Positions 25,987-35,441 of a stretch of 64,000 bases of DNA are shown here, in pieces. Below the pieces are notes generated by a model. The model saw nothing but the letters and a program-made list of their open reading frames with translations, was not told the origin of the DNA and did no database searches. How positions within the stretch are numbered: the stretch's first letter is position 1; each line of letters opens with the position of its first letter. Made by a program: the position numbers and the translations under genes. Origin of the DNA: Myxococcota bacterium (GTDB lineage Bacteria > Myxococcota_A > UBA796 > SXON01); assembly GCA_040386535.1 (NCBI GenBank), contig JAZKFH010000023.1, positions 1-64,000 on the forward strand, written 5' to 3'.

Positions 25987-27279
25987 GTGTCCCTCGCCCC
26001 CTCCAAGCTCCTCCGCCTGCTACCGCTAGCCCTCGCCATAGCGCTGTCCGGCGGCTGCGCGGAGCCCGCCGCCCCCAACGTGACCTCCTCCGGTGCGTCC
26101 ACCGCGTCCGTGCCGGCGCCGGACGACCCCGCCGCGCGCGGCTGGCCGATCCCCTACGAGCGCGTGTCCGACGCGTCGATCGCGTGGTTGAAGACCCAGG
26201 GCTGGTGGCCGCTCTCCATCGGCTACTTCGCGGACGTGCCCGGCTACTCCGCGCACATGCCCGTCATGAAGGATCTGCGCCTGCTCGAGGCGCGCGGGCT
26301 CGAGGTCTCCTACACGTCGTTCCAGTCCGGGCCGCCCATCCTCGAGGCCTTCCTCGCCGGGCAGACCCAGGTGACCCACTACGGCGACTTCCCGTTCTGG
26401 AACACCGTCGACAAGGGCGTGCCCGCCGTGGCGTACGGGCTCACCGGTACGAACGTCGAGGCCGCGCTGCTGGTCCGGCCGGACTCGCCGCTCCAGACCG
26501 CGGCGGATCTGCTGAAGGCCGGCAGCGACAAGCCGCTGGTCATCGGCACCACGCTGGGCAGCTACTGCGAGTTCTACCTGCTCGCGATGGGCGCGCAGCA
26601 CGGGCTCGTCGCGAACGAACACTACCGGCTCGCGGGCATGAGCATGCGGGAGGCCCAGCTCCTCCCCGGCGGGATCGACGCGGTCGCCGTGTTCGAGCCC
26701 CACGTGAGCTTCGCCCTCGAGAAGGGGCTGGGCCGCCGGATCGACGACGTGTATCCGTACTACTTCGCCACCGGCTACGAGTTCGTGCGGCGCGAGATCC
26801 ACGAGCACGCGCCCGACGTGGCGCAGGCCCTCGCGGACGCCTCGATCGAGGCGCTCCTGGCCGTCCGCCACGACCCGGATCGCGCCGCCGCGCTCTTCGT
26901 GCAGGACCCGCGCGCCAAGGCCTGGACGAAGGCGGCGGCCCGGACCCAGATCGACCGGTACATCACGCTGTACAAGCCGACGTACAAGTACATCCACGCG
27001 GAGTTCTGGGCCGCGGAGGACGCCCGCGTGGTCGCGGCCCAACACGCCGCCGGCCGCCTCAAGCGTGCACGCGACGCGACGGACCTCGCCACCGACTTCG
27101 CCCCCACCTACCTCGCCACCACCTTCGGCAAGCTCGGCTGGAGCGTGCCCGAGCGCCCGGTGTTCCTGCCGGCCGGCTGGGCGGGCGAGGTGGGGAAGCC
27201 GCCGTACCCGCCATACGACAACGCGCGTACGCTCCCGACGGCCCAGCCCTTCCCCGCGGAGGGGGACCTGCGCCGGTGA
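25987..27279 (+). CDS. ABC substrate-binding lipoprotein, NitT/TauT/SsuA family
   Basis: Lipobox-like LSGGC and motif FQSGPPILEAF..GDFP. Heads the ABC operon. Confidence 0.85.
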   Translation: MSLAPSKLLRLLPLALAIALSGGCAEPAAPNVTSSGASTASVPAPDDPAARGWPIPYERVSDASIAWLKTQGWWPLSIGYFADVPGYSAHMPVMKDLRLLEARGLEVSYTSFQSGPPILEAFLAGQTQVTHYGDFPFWNTVDKGVPAVAYGLTGTNVEAALLVRPDSPLQTAADLLKAGSDKPLVIGTTLGSYCEFYLLAMGAQHGLVANEHYRLAGMSMREAQLLPGGIDAVAVFEPHVSFALEKGLGRRIDDVYPYYFATGYEFVRREIHEHAPDVAQALADASIEALLAVRHDPDRAAALFVQDPRAKAWTKAAARTQIDRYITLYKPTYKYIHAEFWAAEDARVVAAQHAAGRLKRARDATDLATDFAPTYLATTFGKLGWSVPERPVFLPAGWAGEVGKPPYPPYDNARTLPTAQPFPAEGDLRR

Positions 27280-28007
27280 CGCGTGCCGGGTACCGCGCCG
27301 TCGGCCTCGTGGGCTTGCTCGCGCTCTGGGCCGTCGCCGCCTACCGCTGGCCGCCCCACGTGCTCCCCGGGCCCGCCGTGGTGGTCGGGACGATCGTGAC
27401 GGAGCGGGCCGATCTGTTCGACCACGCCGTGCGCACCACGCGGCGGGTGCTCCTCGGCTACGGCGCGGCCGTCGCGATCGGCTTGCCGCTCGCCGGCGTG
27501 CTCGGCGCCTCCGCCTTCGTGGACCGCCAGGTCGGCACGCTCCTCACGCTGCTGCGCGCGATCCCGCCGTTCGCGTGGACGCCGCTGCTGCTGCTCTGGG
27601 TCGGGGTGGGGGACAGCAGCGCCGCGGCCGTCGTGTTCGCGGGGGCGTTCTTCCCCATCGTCCGCAACGCCCGCGCCGGGATCGCGGCGGTGCCGCCCGC
27701 GCTGGTCCTCGCGGCGCGGAACCTGGGCGCGAGCCCGCGCATCTATTGGATCGACGTGGTCCTGCCCGGCGCCGCGCCCATGGCCTTCACGGGTCTGCGC
27801 CTCGGGTGGGCGCTCGCCTGGATGAGCGTCGTCGCCGCCGAGCTCGTAGGGGCGGACGGTGGGCTCGGGCAGCTGATCCTCGACGCCCGGAACCTCGCGC
27901 GTCCGGACCTCGCGATCGCGGGGATGGTGGCTATCGGGGCGCTCGCCGCGGGCTCGGAGGCGCTGTTCGTGCGGGCGGAGCGGTACGTGTTGCGGTGGCG
28001 GCCATGA
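27276..28007 (+). CDS. ABC permease (NitT/TauT family)
   Basis: GTGA overlap. Motifs IPPFAW, AARNLGAS and WMSVVAAELVG. Confidence 0.9.
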   Translation: MTRAGYRAVGLVGLLALWAVAAYRWPPHVLPGPAVVVGTIVTERADLFDHAVRTTRRVLLGYGAAVAIGLPLAGVLGASAFVDRQVGTLLTLLRAIPPFAWTPLLLLWVGVGDSSAAAVVFAGAFFPIVRNARAGIAAVPPALVLAARNLGASPRIYWIDVVLPGAAPMAFTGLRLGWALAWMSVVAAELVGADGGLGQLILDARNLARPDLAIAGMVAIGALAAGSEALFVRAERYVLRWRP

Positions 28008-28762
28008 AGCGGCTCGGAGGGGCGATCTCCCGCTGGGGACTCGTCGTCGTGCTGCTGATCCTCTGGGAGATCTTGGGGCGCACGCTCGTCACCGATCCGC
28101 GCACGGCGCTGTTCCTGCCGCTCCCGTCCACGATCGCGGCGGCCGCATGGGCGATGGCGCGGGACGGATCGCTCCTCGTCGACCTCGGCCGCTCCTCGGC
28201 GCGGGTGGCCCTGGGCGCCGGCGCCGCCGTCGTGTTCGGCGTGATGCTCGGCGGCGTCGTCGCGTCGCGGCCGCGCCTCGGCGCCGTGCTCGAGGGCCCC
28301 ATCGGCTGGGTGCGGCCAATCCCGCCGGTGGCGTGGGTGCCGCTCACCATCCTCTGGTTCGGCGTCGGCGAGCTCCAGCAGGTCGTCATCCTGTTCTTCG
28401 CGGCCACGTTCGTCGTGAGCGCGGGGACGGCGGATGCGGTGGCGGGCGTGCCCGCGTCGCTGCTCGCCGCGGCGCGCAACCTCGGCGTGCCCGAGGCGAG
28501 CCTGCTGCGCCGGGTGTCCGTCCCCGCCGCGCTGCCGGGCGTGGCGGCCGCGGTGCGCGAGGGCGTCGGCACCGCGTGGTTCGTGCTCGTCGCGGCGGAG
28601 TTCCTCTCCGCCTCGGAGGGCCTGGGCGTGCTGATCCTGGAGGGGCGAGACCTCTTGGAGCCCGCGCGCACGTTCGTCGGCATGGGGGCGCTCGCGGCGT
28701 GCGGCGCGCTCACGGATCTCGGGCTCGGGTCGCTCCAGGCGCGCCTCACGAGGTGGATGTGA
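28004..28762 (+). CDS. ABC permease (NitT/TauT family)
   Basis: ATGA overlap. Motifs PIPPVAW, AARNLG and WFVLVAAE. Confidence 0.9.
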   Translation: MKRLGGAISRWGLVVVLLILWEILGRTLVTDPRTALFLPLPSTIAAAAWAMARDGSLLVDLGRSSARVALGAGAAVVFGVMLGGVVASRPRLGAVLEGPIGWVRPIPPVAWVPLTILWFGVGELQQVVILFFAATFVVSAGTADAVAGVPASLLAAARNLGVPEASLLRRVSVPAALPGVAAAVREGVGTAWFVLVAAEFLSASEGLGVLILEGRDLLEPARTFVGMGALAACGALTDLGLGSLQARLTRWM

Positions 28763-29499
28763 GTCGAGACGTTCAGCTGGTCGGCGTGCGGCACGCGTTC
28801 GTGGAGGCGGGCACAGGGCGGCGCGTGGAGGCGCTCGCGGGCGTCCACCTGACGGTAGCCGCGGGCGAGTGTGTCGCGCTCATCGGGCCGAGCGGCTGCG
28901 GCAAGACGACGATCCTCCACCTCGTGGCCGGGATGTTGCGGCCGGACGGGGGCTCCGTCACCTGTGGCGGCGTGCCCGTCACCGCCATCGGCACCGACCG
29001 CGTGCTCGTGTTCCAGGACGGCGCCCTGTTTCCCTGGCTCACCGTCGCGGAGAACGTCAGCTTCGGGCCGCGCGCCCAGGGCAGGGACGTCACGCCCGCG
29101 TTCGCCCTCTTCGACGCGCTCGGCCTCGGGGGCACCGAGGATCGCTTCCCCAAGGAGCTCTCGGGCGGCATGCGCCAACGCGTCGCCCTCGCGCGCGCGC
29201 TCGCCGTCGACCCGGAGGTGCTCCTGCTCGACGAGCCCTTCGGAGCGCTCGACGCGCTCTCCCGCGAGCGGCTCCAGGACGTGCTCGAAGCGGTGTGGAT
29301 GCGCGACCGCAAGACGATGATCCTCGTCACCCACTCGGTCGAGGAGGCCGTGCGCCTCGCGGACCGGGTGGTGGTCATGGGGCCCCGCCCCGCCAGCGTG
29401 CGCGCCGAGTTCGTGGTGGACGCGCCCCGCCCGCGGGACGTGACCGCGCTGGGTGACTTGCGCCGTGCGATCGGCCGGATGGTGCGGGACGGGGGGTAG
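28759..29499 (+). CDS. ABC ATP-binding protein (NitT/TauT family)
   Basis: Motifs GPSGCGKT, LSGGMRQR, LLLDEPF and VTH. Confidence 0.93.
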   Translation: MSRDVQLVGVRHAFVEAGTGRRVEALAGVHLTVAAGECVALIGPSGCGKTTILHLVAGMLRPDGGSVTCGGVPVTAIGTDRVLVFQDGALFPWLTVAENVSFGPRAQGRDVTPAFALFDALGLGGTEDRFPKELSGGMRQRVALARALAVDPEVLLLDEPFGALDALSRERLQDVLEAVWMRDRKTMILVTHSVEEAVRLADRVVVMGPRPASVRAEFVVDAPRPRDVTALGDLRRAIGRMVRDGG

Positions 29500-29533
29500 G
29501 CCGCCTTGCCGATGACGCCCCGCCCCACCTGAC

Positions 29534-30226
29534 TCACGGCAGGTCGAACACCAGCACCTCGGCGCCCTGGCCCGCCTCGAGGACGACCTTGTCGGCGATG
29601 GCCGCCGCGTCTCCCGCCGAGAGGCGCTGCCCGTTCACCGTGACCGCGCCGCGCGCCACGTGCACCCACACGGCGCGGCCGGGGGCGACCACGTGCTCGG
29701 CGCGTTCGGCGTCGTCGAACAACCCGGCGTAGATCGCGGCGTCCTGGTGGATGCTCACGCTACCGTCCCGCCCGTCGTTCGACGCGACGAGCCGGAGCTG
29801 GCCGCGCTTGGACGCGGCGTCGAAGTGCTTCTGCTCGTAGCCGGGCGCGTGGCCGGACCGATCGGGCATCACCCAGATCTGGAGGAAGTGCACGCCGTCG
29901 GTCTTCGAGGCGTTGTACTCCGAGTGCGCCACGCCGGTGCCGGCGCTCATGCGCTGCACGTCGCCCGGGCGGATGACCGAGCCGGTGCCCATCGAGTCCT
30001 TGTGCTCGAGCGCGCCGTCGAGCACGTAGGAGACGATCTCCATGTTCTGGTGGCGGTGCGTCGGGAAGCCGCCCCCGGGGGCGACGCGGTCCTCGTTGAT
30101 GACGCGCAGGCTGCGGAAGCCCATGTGGTGCGGATCGTAGTAGTCGGCGAACGAGAAGGTGTGGAAGCTGTTCAGCCAGCCGTGATCGGCGTGACCGCGT
30201 TCGTTGGAGCGGCGGAGGGTGGTCAT
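29534..30226 (-). CDS. Pirin family protein (YhhW-like)
   Basis: Motifs HGWLNSFHTFSF, HRHQNME, MSAGTGVAHSE and FLQIW. Confidence 0.93.
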   Translation of the reverse strand: MTTLRRSNERGHADHGWLNSFHTFSFADYYDPHHMGFRSLRVINEDRVAPGGGFPTHRHQNMEIVSYVLDGALEHKDSMGTGSVIRPGDVQRMSAGTGVAHSEYNASKTDGVHFLQIWVMPDRSGHAPGYEQKHFDAASKRGQLRLVASNDGRDGSVSIHQDAAIYAGLFDDAERAEHVVAPGRAVWVHVARGAVTVNGQRLSAGDAAAIADKVVLEAGQGAEVLVFDLP

Positions 30227-30262
30227 CGTGAACTCCTTGGTGCCGAGTATGTATGGACCGGA

Positions 30263-30315
30263 CATTGATGCGTCGATACGATGAATGTGGATGCCATTGA
30301 TGAGAAACGAAGATG
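30263..30315. promoter_or_regulatory. Two putative LysR-type operator sites
   Basis: Direct repeat CATTGATG-N9-GATG at 30263 and 30295 (32 bp apart), each containing T-N11-A, between divergent pirin and LysR genes. Confidence 0.6.
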
Positions 30316-31248
30316 GATGACCCCGCCACGCTGGACCAGCTCCGGATGTTGGTCGCGGTGGCCGACACGGGCAGCTTCACCGCCGCGGCCCGTCGCCTGC
30401 ACCGCGTCCAATCCGCCGTGAGCCACGGTGTCGCCGCCGTCGAGGAGCGGCTCGGCGTGCGCCTCTTCGAGCGCACCACGCGCTCGGCGCGCCCGACCGC
30501 CGCGGGTGAGGTGTTCCTGGCCGAGGCACGCCGGTTGTGCGCGCGTGCCGACGAGCTCCGGCAGGTCGGCGCCGGGCTGACCGGGGAGACAGAGCCAGTC
30601 GTGTCCGCGGTCGTCGACGTGCTCTTCCCCTCCGACGCCCTCGCCACCGCGTGTGTCGCCTTCGCCGCGCGCCACCCGACGGTGCGCCTCCGGCTGCACA
30701 CCGAGGCGCTCGCCGATGTCGCCGCCCTCGTCCGCGACGGCACGTGCGCCTTCGGCGTCGCGGGCGAGGCCTCGGGCGAGGCCGGGCTCACCGCGGCGCC
30801 GCTCGGCGTGGTGCACATGGTGCCGGTGGTGGCCCCGGGCCACGCGCTCGCCGGGGAGGCGGGCCCGATCGACGCCCTGCGCCTCGCCGAGGAGGTGCAG
30901 ATCGTCCTCTCGGAGCGCGGCGGCGCGCGGGGGGCCGGGCCCACGCCGGATCAGTCGGTGTTCTCGGCGCGAACGTGGCGCATCCACGACCTGCACACGA
31001 AGCGGCAGCTGCTCCTGGCCGGGCTCGGCTGGGGCAACCTGCCCGAGCACCTGTGCCGCGACGATCTCGCCGCGGGGCGCCTCGTCCGGCTCCGCCCGAC
31101 GGCGTGGGCCGAGGACACCCTGGCGCTGCGCATGTCCGTGCTCACCCGCACCGACACCTGGCTCGGCCCCGCGAGCCGCTGGCTGATCGGCACGCTCGCG
31201 GAGGCGTGCGCGGCGGGAACGGTCGCGACGCCGGCCCGGCCGGGGTAG
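30313..31248 (+). CDS. LysR family transcriptional regulator
   Basis: HTH GSFTAAARRLHRVQSAVS..LGVRLFER. Confidence 0.94.
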   Translation: MDDPATLDQLRMLVAVADTGSFTAAARRLHRVQSAVSHGVAAVEERLGVRLFERTTRSARPTAAGEVFLAEARRLCARADELRQVGAGLTGETEPVVSAVVDVLFPSDALATACVAFAARHPTVRLRLHTEALADVAALVRDGTCAFGVAGEASGEAGLTAAPLGVVHMVPVVAPGHALAGEAGPIDALRLAEEVQIVLSERGGARGAGPTPDQSVFSARTWRIHDLHTKRQLLLAGLGWGNLPEHLCRDDLAAGRLVRLRPTAWAEDTLALRMSVLTRTDTWLGPASRWLIGTLAEACAAGTVATPARPG

Positions 31249-31256
31249 CGGGGGAG

Positions 31257-31748
31257 ATGATCGATCCTCCCGCGGACATCGCACTCGACGAGCTCCTCGG
31301 CGCCTGGCACGTCGTCGCCACGACGCTGCCGTTCTGGCGCGGCAAGAAGGCGCCGGTCATCACCTACGGCGTGCTCCCCGGCGAGGGCGTGCGCTGGTCC
31401 GACGCCGTCACCTTCGAGGCACGGGGCTTGTTCGGCGGCGCCTTCACGCCGCGCCGCATCCTGGGCGTCGACACGGGGGACGCCGAGCGCCCCGGTAGCT
31501 TCACGTGGCGCGGGGCGGGGGTGCTCGGGCTCCTGACAAGCCGCTGGAGCTTCGTGGCCGTCGATCCCGACGGCGAATGGGCGGTCACCTGGTTCGCGCG
31601 GGCCACTTTTGGCGTGACCCCCGAAGGTCTGGACGTCTACGCGCGTCGCGCCGATCTCGATCCCGGGGTGATCGAGGGCGTGATCGCCTCGCTGGCGGCG
31701 CGCGCCGACCTCGCGCACCTCGGGCCCTGGCTCCACCCGGAGCAGTGA
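31257..31748 (+). CDS. Lipocalin-like hypothetical protein
   Basis: GGAG RBS, N-terminal LLGAWHVVA (GxW) and C-terminal LDVYAR. Confidence 0.6.
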   Translation: MIDPPADIALDELLGAWHVVATTLPFWRGKKAPVITYGVLPGEGVRWSDAVTFEARGLFGGAFTPRRILGVDTGDAERPGSFTWRGAGVLGLLTSRWSFVAVDPDGEWAVTWFARATFGVTPEGLDVYARRADLDPGVIEGVIASLAARADLAHLGPWLHPEQ

Positions 31749-31759
31749 CCGGGCGCGGC

Positions 31760-32677
31760 CTACGAGGCTGGCGGGAGCGGCGCCGTCTCGGCGGCCGGGG
31801 CAGGAACGAGCACCCGGAGGCCCCCGCGCCGGATCTTGAAGACGAGCGGCGTGCGGAGCTCGGTCAGCTCGCCGTCGATCGAGATCTCCACCTGGCGGCG
31901 GTGCAGGTGGATCGTCAGGTCGGGGAGGACCCGTGCCTCGAAGTTCTTGGCCGACGCGAGCGCGCCGAGCAGGCCGCGCACGAACAACACGACGAGGTCG
32001 TACCAGCGCGTGGTGGCGGCGAGGTAGACGTTGAGGACGCCGCGGTCCGGGTAGGAGAGGCGCTCCACGCCGAACGCCTTCATCTGGAACGCGTTGGTGC
32101 ACACGATGACCGACGGCGTGATCCGCCACTCGGGGCGAGCGCCCTGGCTCGCGAGGCCCACGCGGAGGATGGGGAGGCGGCCGAGCACACGGACGATCGC
32201 CAGGAGCATCGCGACGAACTTCCGCCGCCCGCTCTGCTGTTCCTCCTCCCGGCGCTGGACCATCGTCGGATGGAACCCGATGCCGGTGAAGTTTAGGAAC
32301 AACCGCCCGTTTACCTCCGCCACGTCGATGTCCGACGGCGCGGCGGTCGCCAGCGCGGCGGCCGCCTCGTCGATCTCCAGCGGGATGCCGAGCTCGCGCG
32401 CGAAGTGGTTGTAGGTGCCGAGCGGCAGCACGCCGAAGGGCATCGAGGTGCCGGCGAGGGCCGCCGCGACGGTGTTGAGGGTGCCGTCTCCGCCGCAGCC
32501 CACGATGGCGTCGAACGGTTCGTTCGTGGCGGCGCGCGCGGTGGCTCCGAGGGCGTCGGCGTCGACGGCGCGCACGTCGGCGGTGACCCCGTGCCGCGCG
32601 AATGCGGCGACGATGCGCTCGGGCGCGTCGTCTGTCGCCGATCCGGCGGCGCGGTTGAGCAGTACGAGCATGTTCAT
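31760..32677 (-). CDS. Diacylglycerol/lipid kinase family protein
   Basis: Motifs LNRAAG, GGDGT, PLGTYNHFA and IDGE. Confidence 0.9.
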   Translation of the reverse strand: MNMLVLLNRAAGSATDDAPERIVAAFARHGVTADVRAVDADALGATARAATNEPFDAIVGCGGDGTLNTVAAALAGTSMPFGVLPLGTYNHFARELGIPLEIDEAAAALATAAPSDIDVAEVNGRLFLNFTGIGFHPTMVQRREEEQQSGRRKFVAMLLAIVRVLGRLPILRVGLASQGARPEWRITPSVIVCTNAFQMKAFGVERLSYPDRGVLNVYLAATTRWYDLVVLFVRGLLGALASAKNFEARVLPDLTIHLHRRQVEISIDGELTELRTPLVFKIRRGGLRVLVPAPAAETAPLPPAS

Positions 32678-32773
32678 GCACGATGTGTAATCGCCAAACG
32701 ACGGAGACAGGTGAATCAGTCGGCGGACATATTCTGGCGTATCCCCCGGATAGGGTGTGGGGAGGAGCTCTCC

Positions 32774-33879
32774 ATGGCCGGTTTCGAGGTTGACGCGGGG
32801 ACGTTGCGGCAGGGGTTGGCGCGGCTGGCGAAGGTGGCGGGCACCAGCGCCGGCGCGGCGGGGTGGTCGTTCGGGGCCGAGGGGGTCGTGGTCACCTGGG
32901 GGCCGGGCACCTTCACGGTGGCCGCCCCGGATCCCCGGCTGACGGGGGAGATGAACGGCGGGGAGGAGGAGGGCCACGCCCACGTCTCCGCGTCAGACAT
33001 GCGTCGCCTCGTGCGCGCGCTCCCACGCGCCGGGGTGCTCGGAGTGGGCCTCGTGGAGGGGCGGCTCCACCTCGGCGCCTTCTCCCTCTCGGTCGATGAT
33101 CGGACGTCGTTCCGCCGGGCCCGAACGGACGCAGCCGCGGTCGCCGAGGCCTTCGTCGCGCGGGTATCGCCCCCCCGCCTCGCCGCCGCCCGCATCCTGC
33201 TCGCCGAGATCCCCCGGCCCGAGCTGCCCCTCCACGGGTTCCTCGACACGTCGCCCGATGGCTTCGGCCCGGCCAAGCGGGCCATCCGGCTCGCCGTGCG
33301 CGCGATCCTCGCCCTGCTCGGCGTCGATCCCGGGCCGCGCGTGGCGGATGATGCGCTCCTCGCCACGTTGGCGGCCGAGGGCATCCAGGCCCATCTGCGC
33401 GGGCTCCTGGCGGACGCGTTGGCGATCGGCCTCGTGCCCTCACGCCGCTCATCCGACCCTCGGGTGCTCCCGGCCGCCCGCTTCGTGGCGGTCGAGGTCG
33501 CCATGGCGTCCACCCGCGCGGTCGAGCGGATGTTCCTCGGCACGGGTTCTTGTGGTCCGCGGGCACGCTCGATGATGGGGACGCCTTGTTCCTCGAGGCG
33601 TGGGGCCCCCTCGGCCTCGTGTGGCACCCCCTGGCGGAGGGCGCCTTCGTGCAGGACGCCCGGGATGCGCTCGGCGCGCGCGGGGTCCGGTACGCGGGCG
33701 CCGATCCGCTGAGGGCCGCGCTCCGCCTCCGGCTGTCGGCCGCGGGGGGCGGGGAGCGCCTCGTGGAGGAGGTCCACGCGCTGCTCTACGACGCGGTCGA
33801 CAACGCCTGGGCCGAGCCGACGGCGCCGCGGGTGGAGGTGCTACGCCGCACCGTGGCCGACATGGCGCCCACCCCTTGA
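32774..33879 (+). pseudogene. Hypothetical protein with an apparent frameshift near 33540
   Basis: GGAGGAG RBS. The coding-like frame degrades after RMFLG, and a second frame (HGFLWSAG...MAPTP) continues to 33879. Confidence 0.55.
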
Positions 33880-33925
33880 CGGCGCATCATCGCAGGGGCA
33901 TGTTCGCGCGCCTCCCGAGGCATCC

Positions 33926-35017
33926 TTGACCGTACGTCGCACCCCGTTTCACGCCTTCCACAAAGAGGCGGGCGCCCGCATGATCGACTTCGGCGGGTGG
34001 GACATGCCGGTGCAGTACACCGGCATCATCGAGGAGCACCTCGCCACGCGCGCCCGGGTCGGCCTGTTCGACGTGTCGCACATGGGAGAGGTCCGCTTCC
34101 GCGGCCCCCACGCGATGGCCGCCGTCCAGCACCTCGTCACGAACGACGTGACCAAGCTGGTCGACGGGCAGGCGATGTACACCGCGATGTGCAACGAGCG
34201 CGGCGGCATCGTGGACGACCTGATCGTCTACCGCTTCGGTGACGAGGAGATCCTCATCTGCGTCAACGCCGCCAACCGCGCCAAGGACTACGCGTGGATG
34301 GTGTCGCACAACCCGTTCGGCGCGGAGATCAGCAACGAGTCCGACCAGTGGGGCCAGCTCGCCATCCAGGGTCGGCACGCCGAGGCCCTGATCCAGACGC
34401 TCACGCCCGTGCAGCTCGCCGCGATCAAGAACTACTGGTTCGCCGTCGGCACGGTCGCGGGCATCGAGGGCTGCATCCTCGCGCGCACCGGGTACACCGG
34501 TGAGGACGGCTTCGAGATCTTCCTCCCCGCGGGCGCCGCGGACGTGTTGTGGAACGCCGTGCAGACCGCGGGCGCCCCCTTCGGGCTCGCCAACATCGGC
34601 CTCGGCGCGCGCGACACGCTGCGCCTGGAGATGAAGTACAGCCTCTACGGCAACGACATCACCGACGACACGACCCCGCTCGAGGCGGGCCTGGGCTGGG
34701 TCACCAAGCTCGAGAAGGGTGACTTCGTCGGTCGCGACCCCCTCGTGAAGCAGCGGGACGCGGGCGTGCCCCGCCGCCTCGTGGGCCTCGTGGTCGACGG
34801 GCGGATCGCCCGCCCCCACAACACGATCGTGCACAACGACCAGGTCGTGGGCGAGGTCACCTCCGGCAGCCGCGGGCCGAGCATCGAGCAGAACGTCGCC
34901 ATCGCCTACGTGCCCGCCGCCCTCGCGAAGATCGGCACCAAGGTCCAGGTGGACGTGCGCGGCAAGCTCGCCGACGCCACCGTCTCGAAGACCCCGTTCT
35001 ACACCCGTCCCTACTGA
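33926..35017 (+). CDS. gcvT: Glycine cleavage system aminomethyltransferase T
   Basis: Motifs FGGWDMPVQY, FDVSHMG, RTGYTGEDGFE and GLGARDTLRLE. TTG start. Confidence 0.96.
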   Translation: MTVRRTPFHAFHKEAGARMIDFGGWDMPVQYTGIIEEHLATRARVGLFDVSHMGEVRFRGPHAMAAVQHLVTNDVTKLVDGQAMYTAMCNERGGIVDDLIVYRFGDEEILICVNAANRAKDYAWMVSHNPFGAEISNESDQWGQLAIQGRHAEALIQTLTPVQLAAIKNYWFAVGTVAGIEGCILARTGYTGEDGFEIFLPAGAADVLWNAVQTAGAPFGLANIGLGARDTLRLEMKYSLYGNDITDDTTPLEAGLGWVTKLEKGDFVGRDPLVKQRDAGVPRRLVGLVVDGRIARPHNTIVHNDQVVGEVTSGSRGPSIEQNVAIAYVPAALAKIGTKVQVDVRGKLADATVSKTPFYTRPY

Positions 35018-35039
35018 CCCACCGACCGAGGCCACCGCC

Positions 35040-35420
35040 ATGAGCAGCATCCCCGAGAACCTCCGCTACACCGAGTCCCACGAGTGGGTGCGCCTCGAGG
35101 GCGACATCGCCACCGTCGGCATCACCCACCACGCGCAGGACGCCCTGGGCGACATCGTGCACGTCGAGCTCCCCGCCGTCGGCAAGGCCGTCAAGAAGGG
35201 CGCCGGCGCCGCCGAGGTCGAGTCCGTCAAGGCGGTGAGCGACATCTACGCCCCCGTGACCGGCACCGTCACCGAGGTGAACGGCACGTTGGACGGGAAC
35301 GAGTCCCTCGTCAACCAGGACCCGCACGGCGGCGGCTGGCTGTTCAAGGTCAAGGTCACGGACCCCGCCGAGGTCGCCGGCCTGCTCGACGCGGCGGCGT
35401 ACGCGGCGACCCTGCACTAG
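35040..35420 (+). CDS. gcvH: Glycine cleavage system H protein
   Basis: Motifs YTESHEW, ESVKAVSD (lipoyl Lys) and GGWLFK. Confidence 0.96.
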   Translation: MSSIPENLRYTESHEWVRLEGDIATVGITHHAQDALGDIVHVELPAVGKAVKKGAGAAEVESVKAVSDIYAPVTGTVTEVNGTLDGNESLVNQDPHGGGWLFKVKVTDPAEVAGLLDAAAYAATLH

Positions 35421-35441
35421 CTCCCCCACGGAGGCCGTCCG

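Noticed and set aside
33880..33925. Glycine riboswitch before gcvT
   Set aside because: The spacer is only 46 nt and has no aptamer consensus.
33926..35420. Missing gcvP as a novelty
   Set aside because: Split gcv loci are common, and gcvP may lie elsewhere in the genome.
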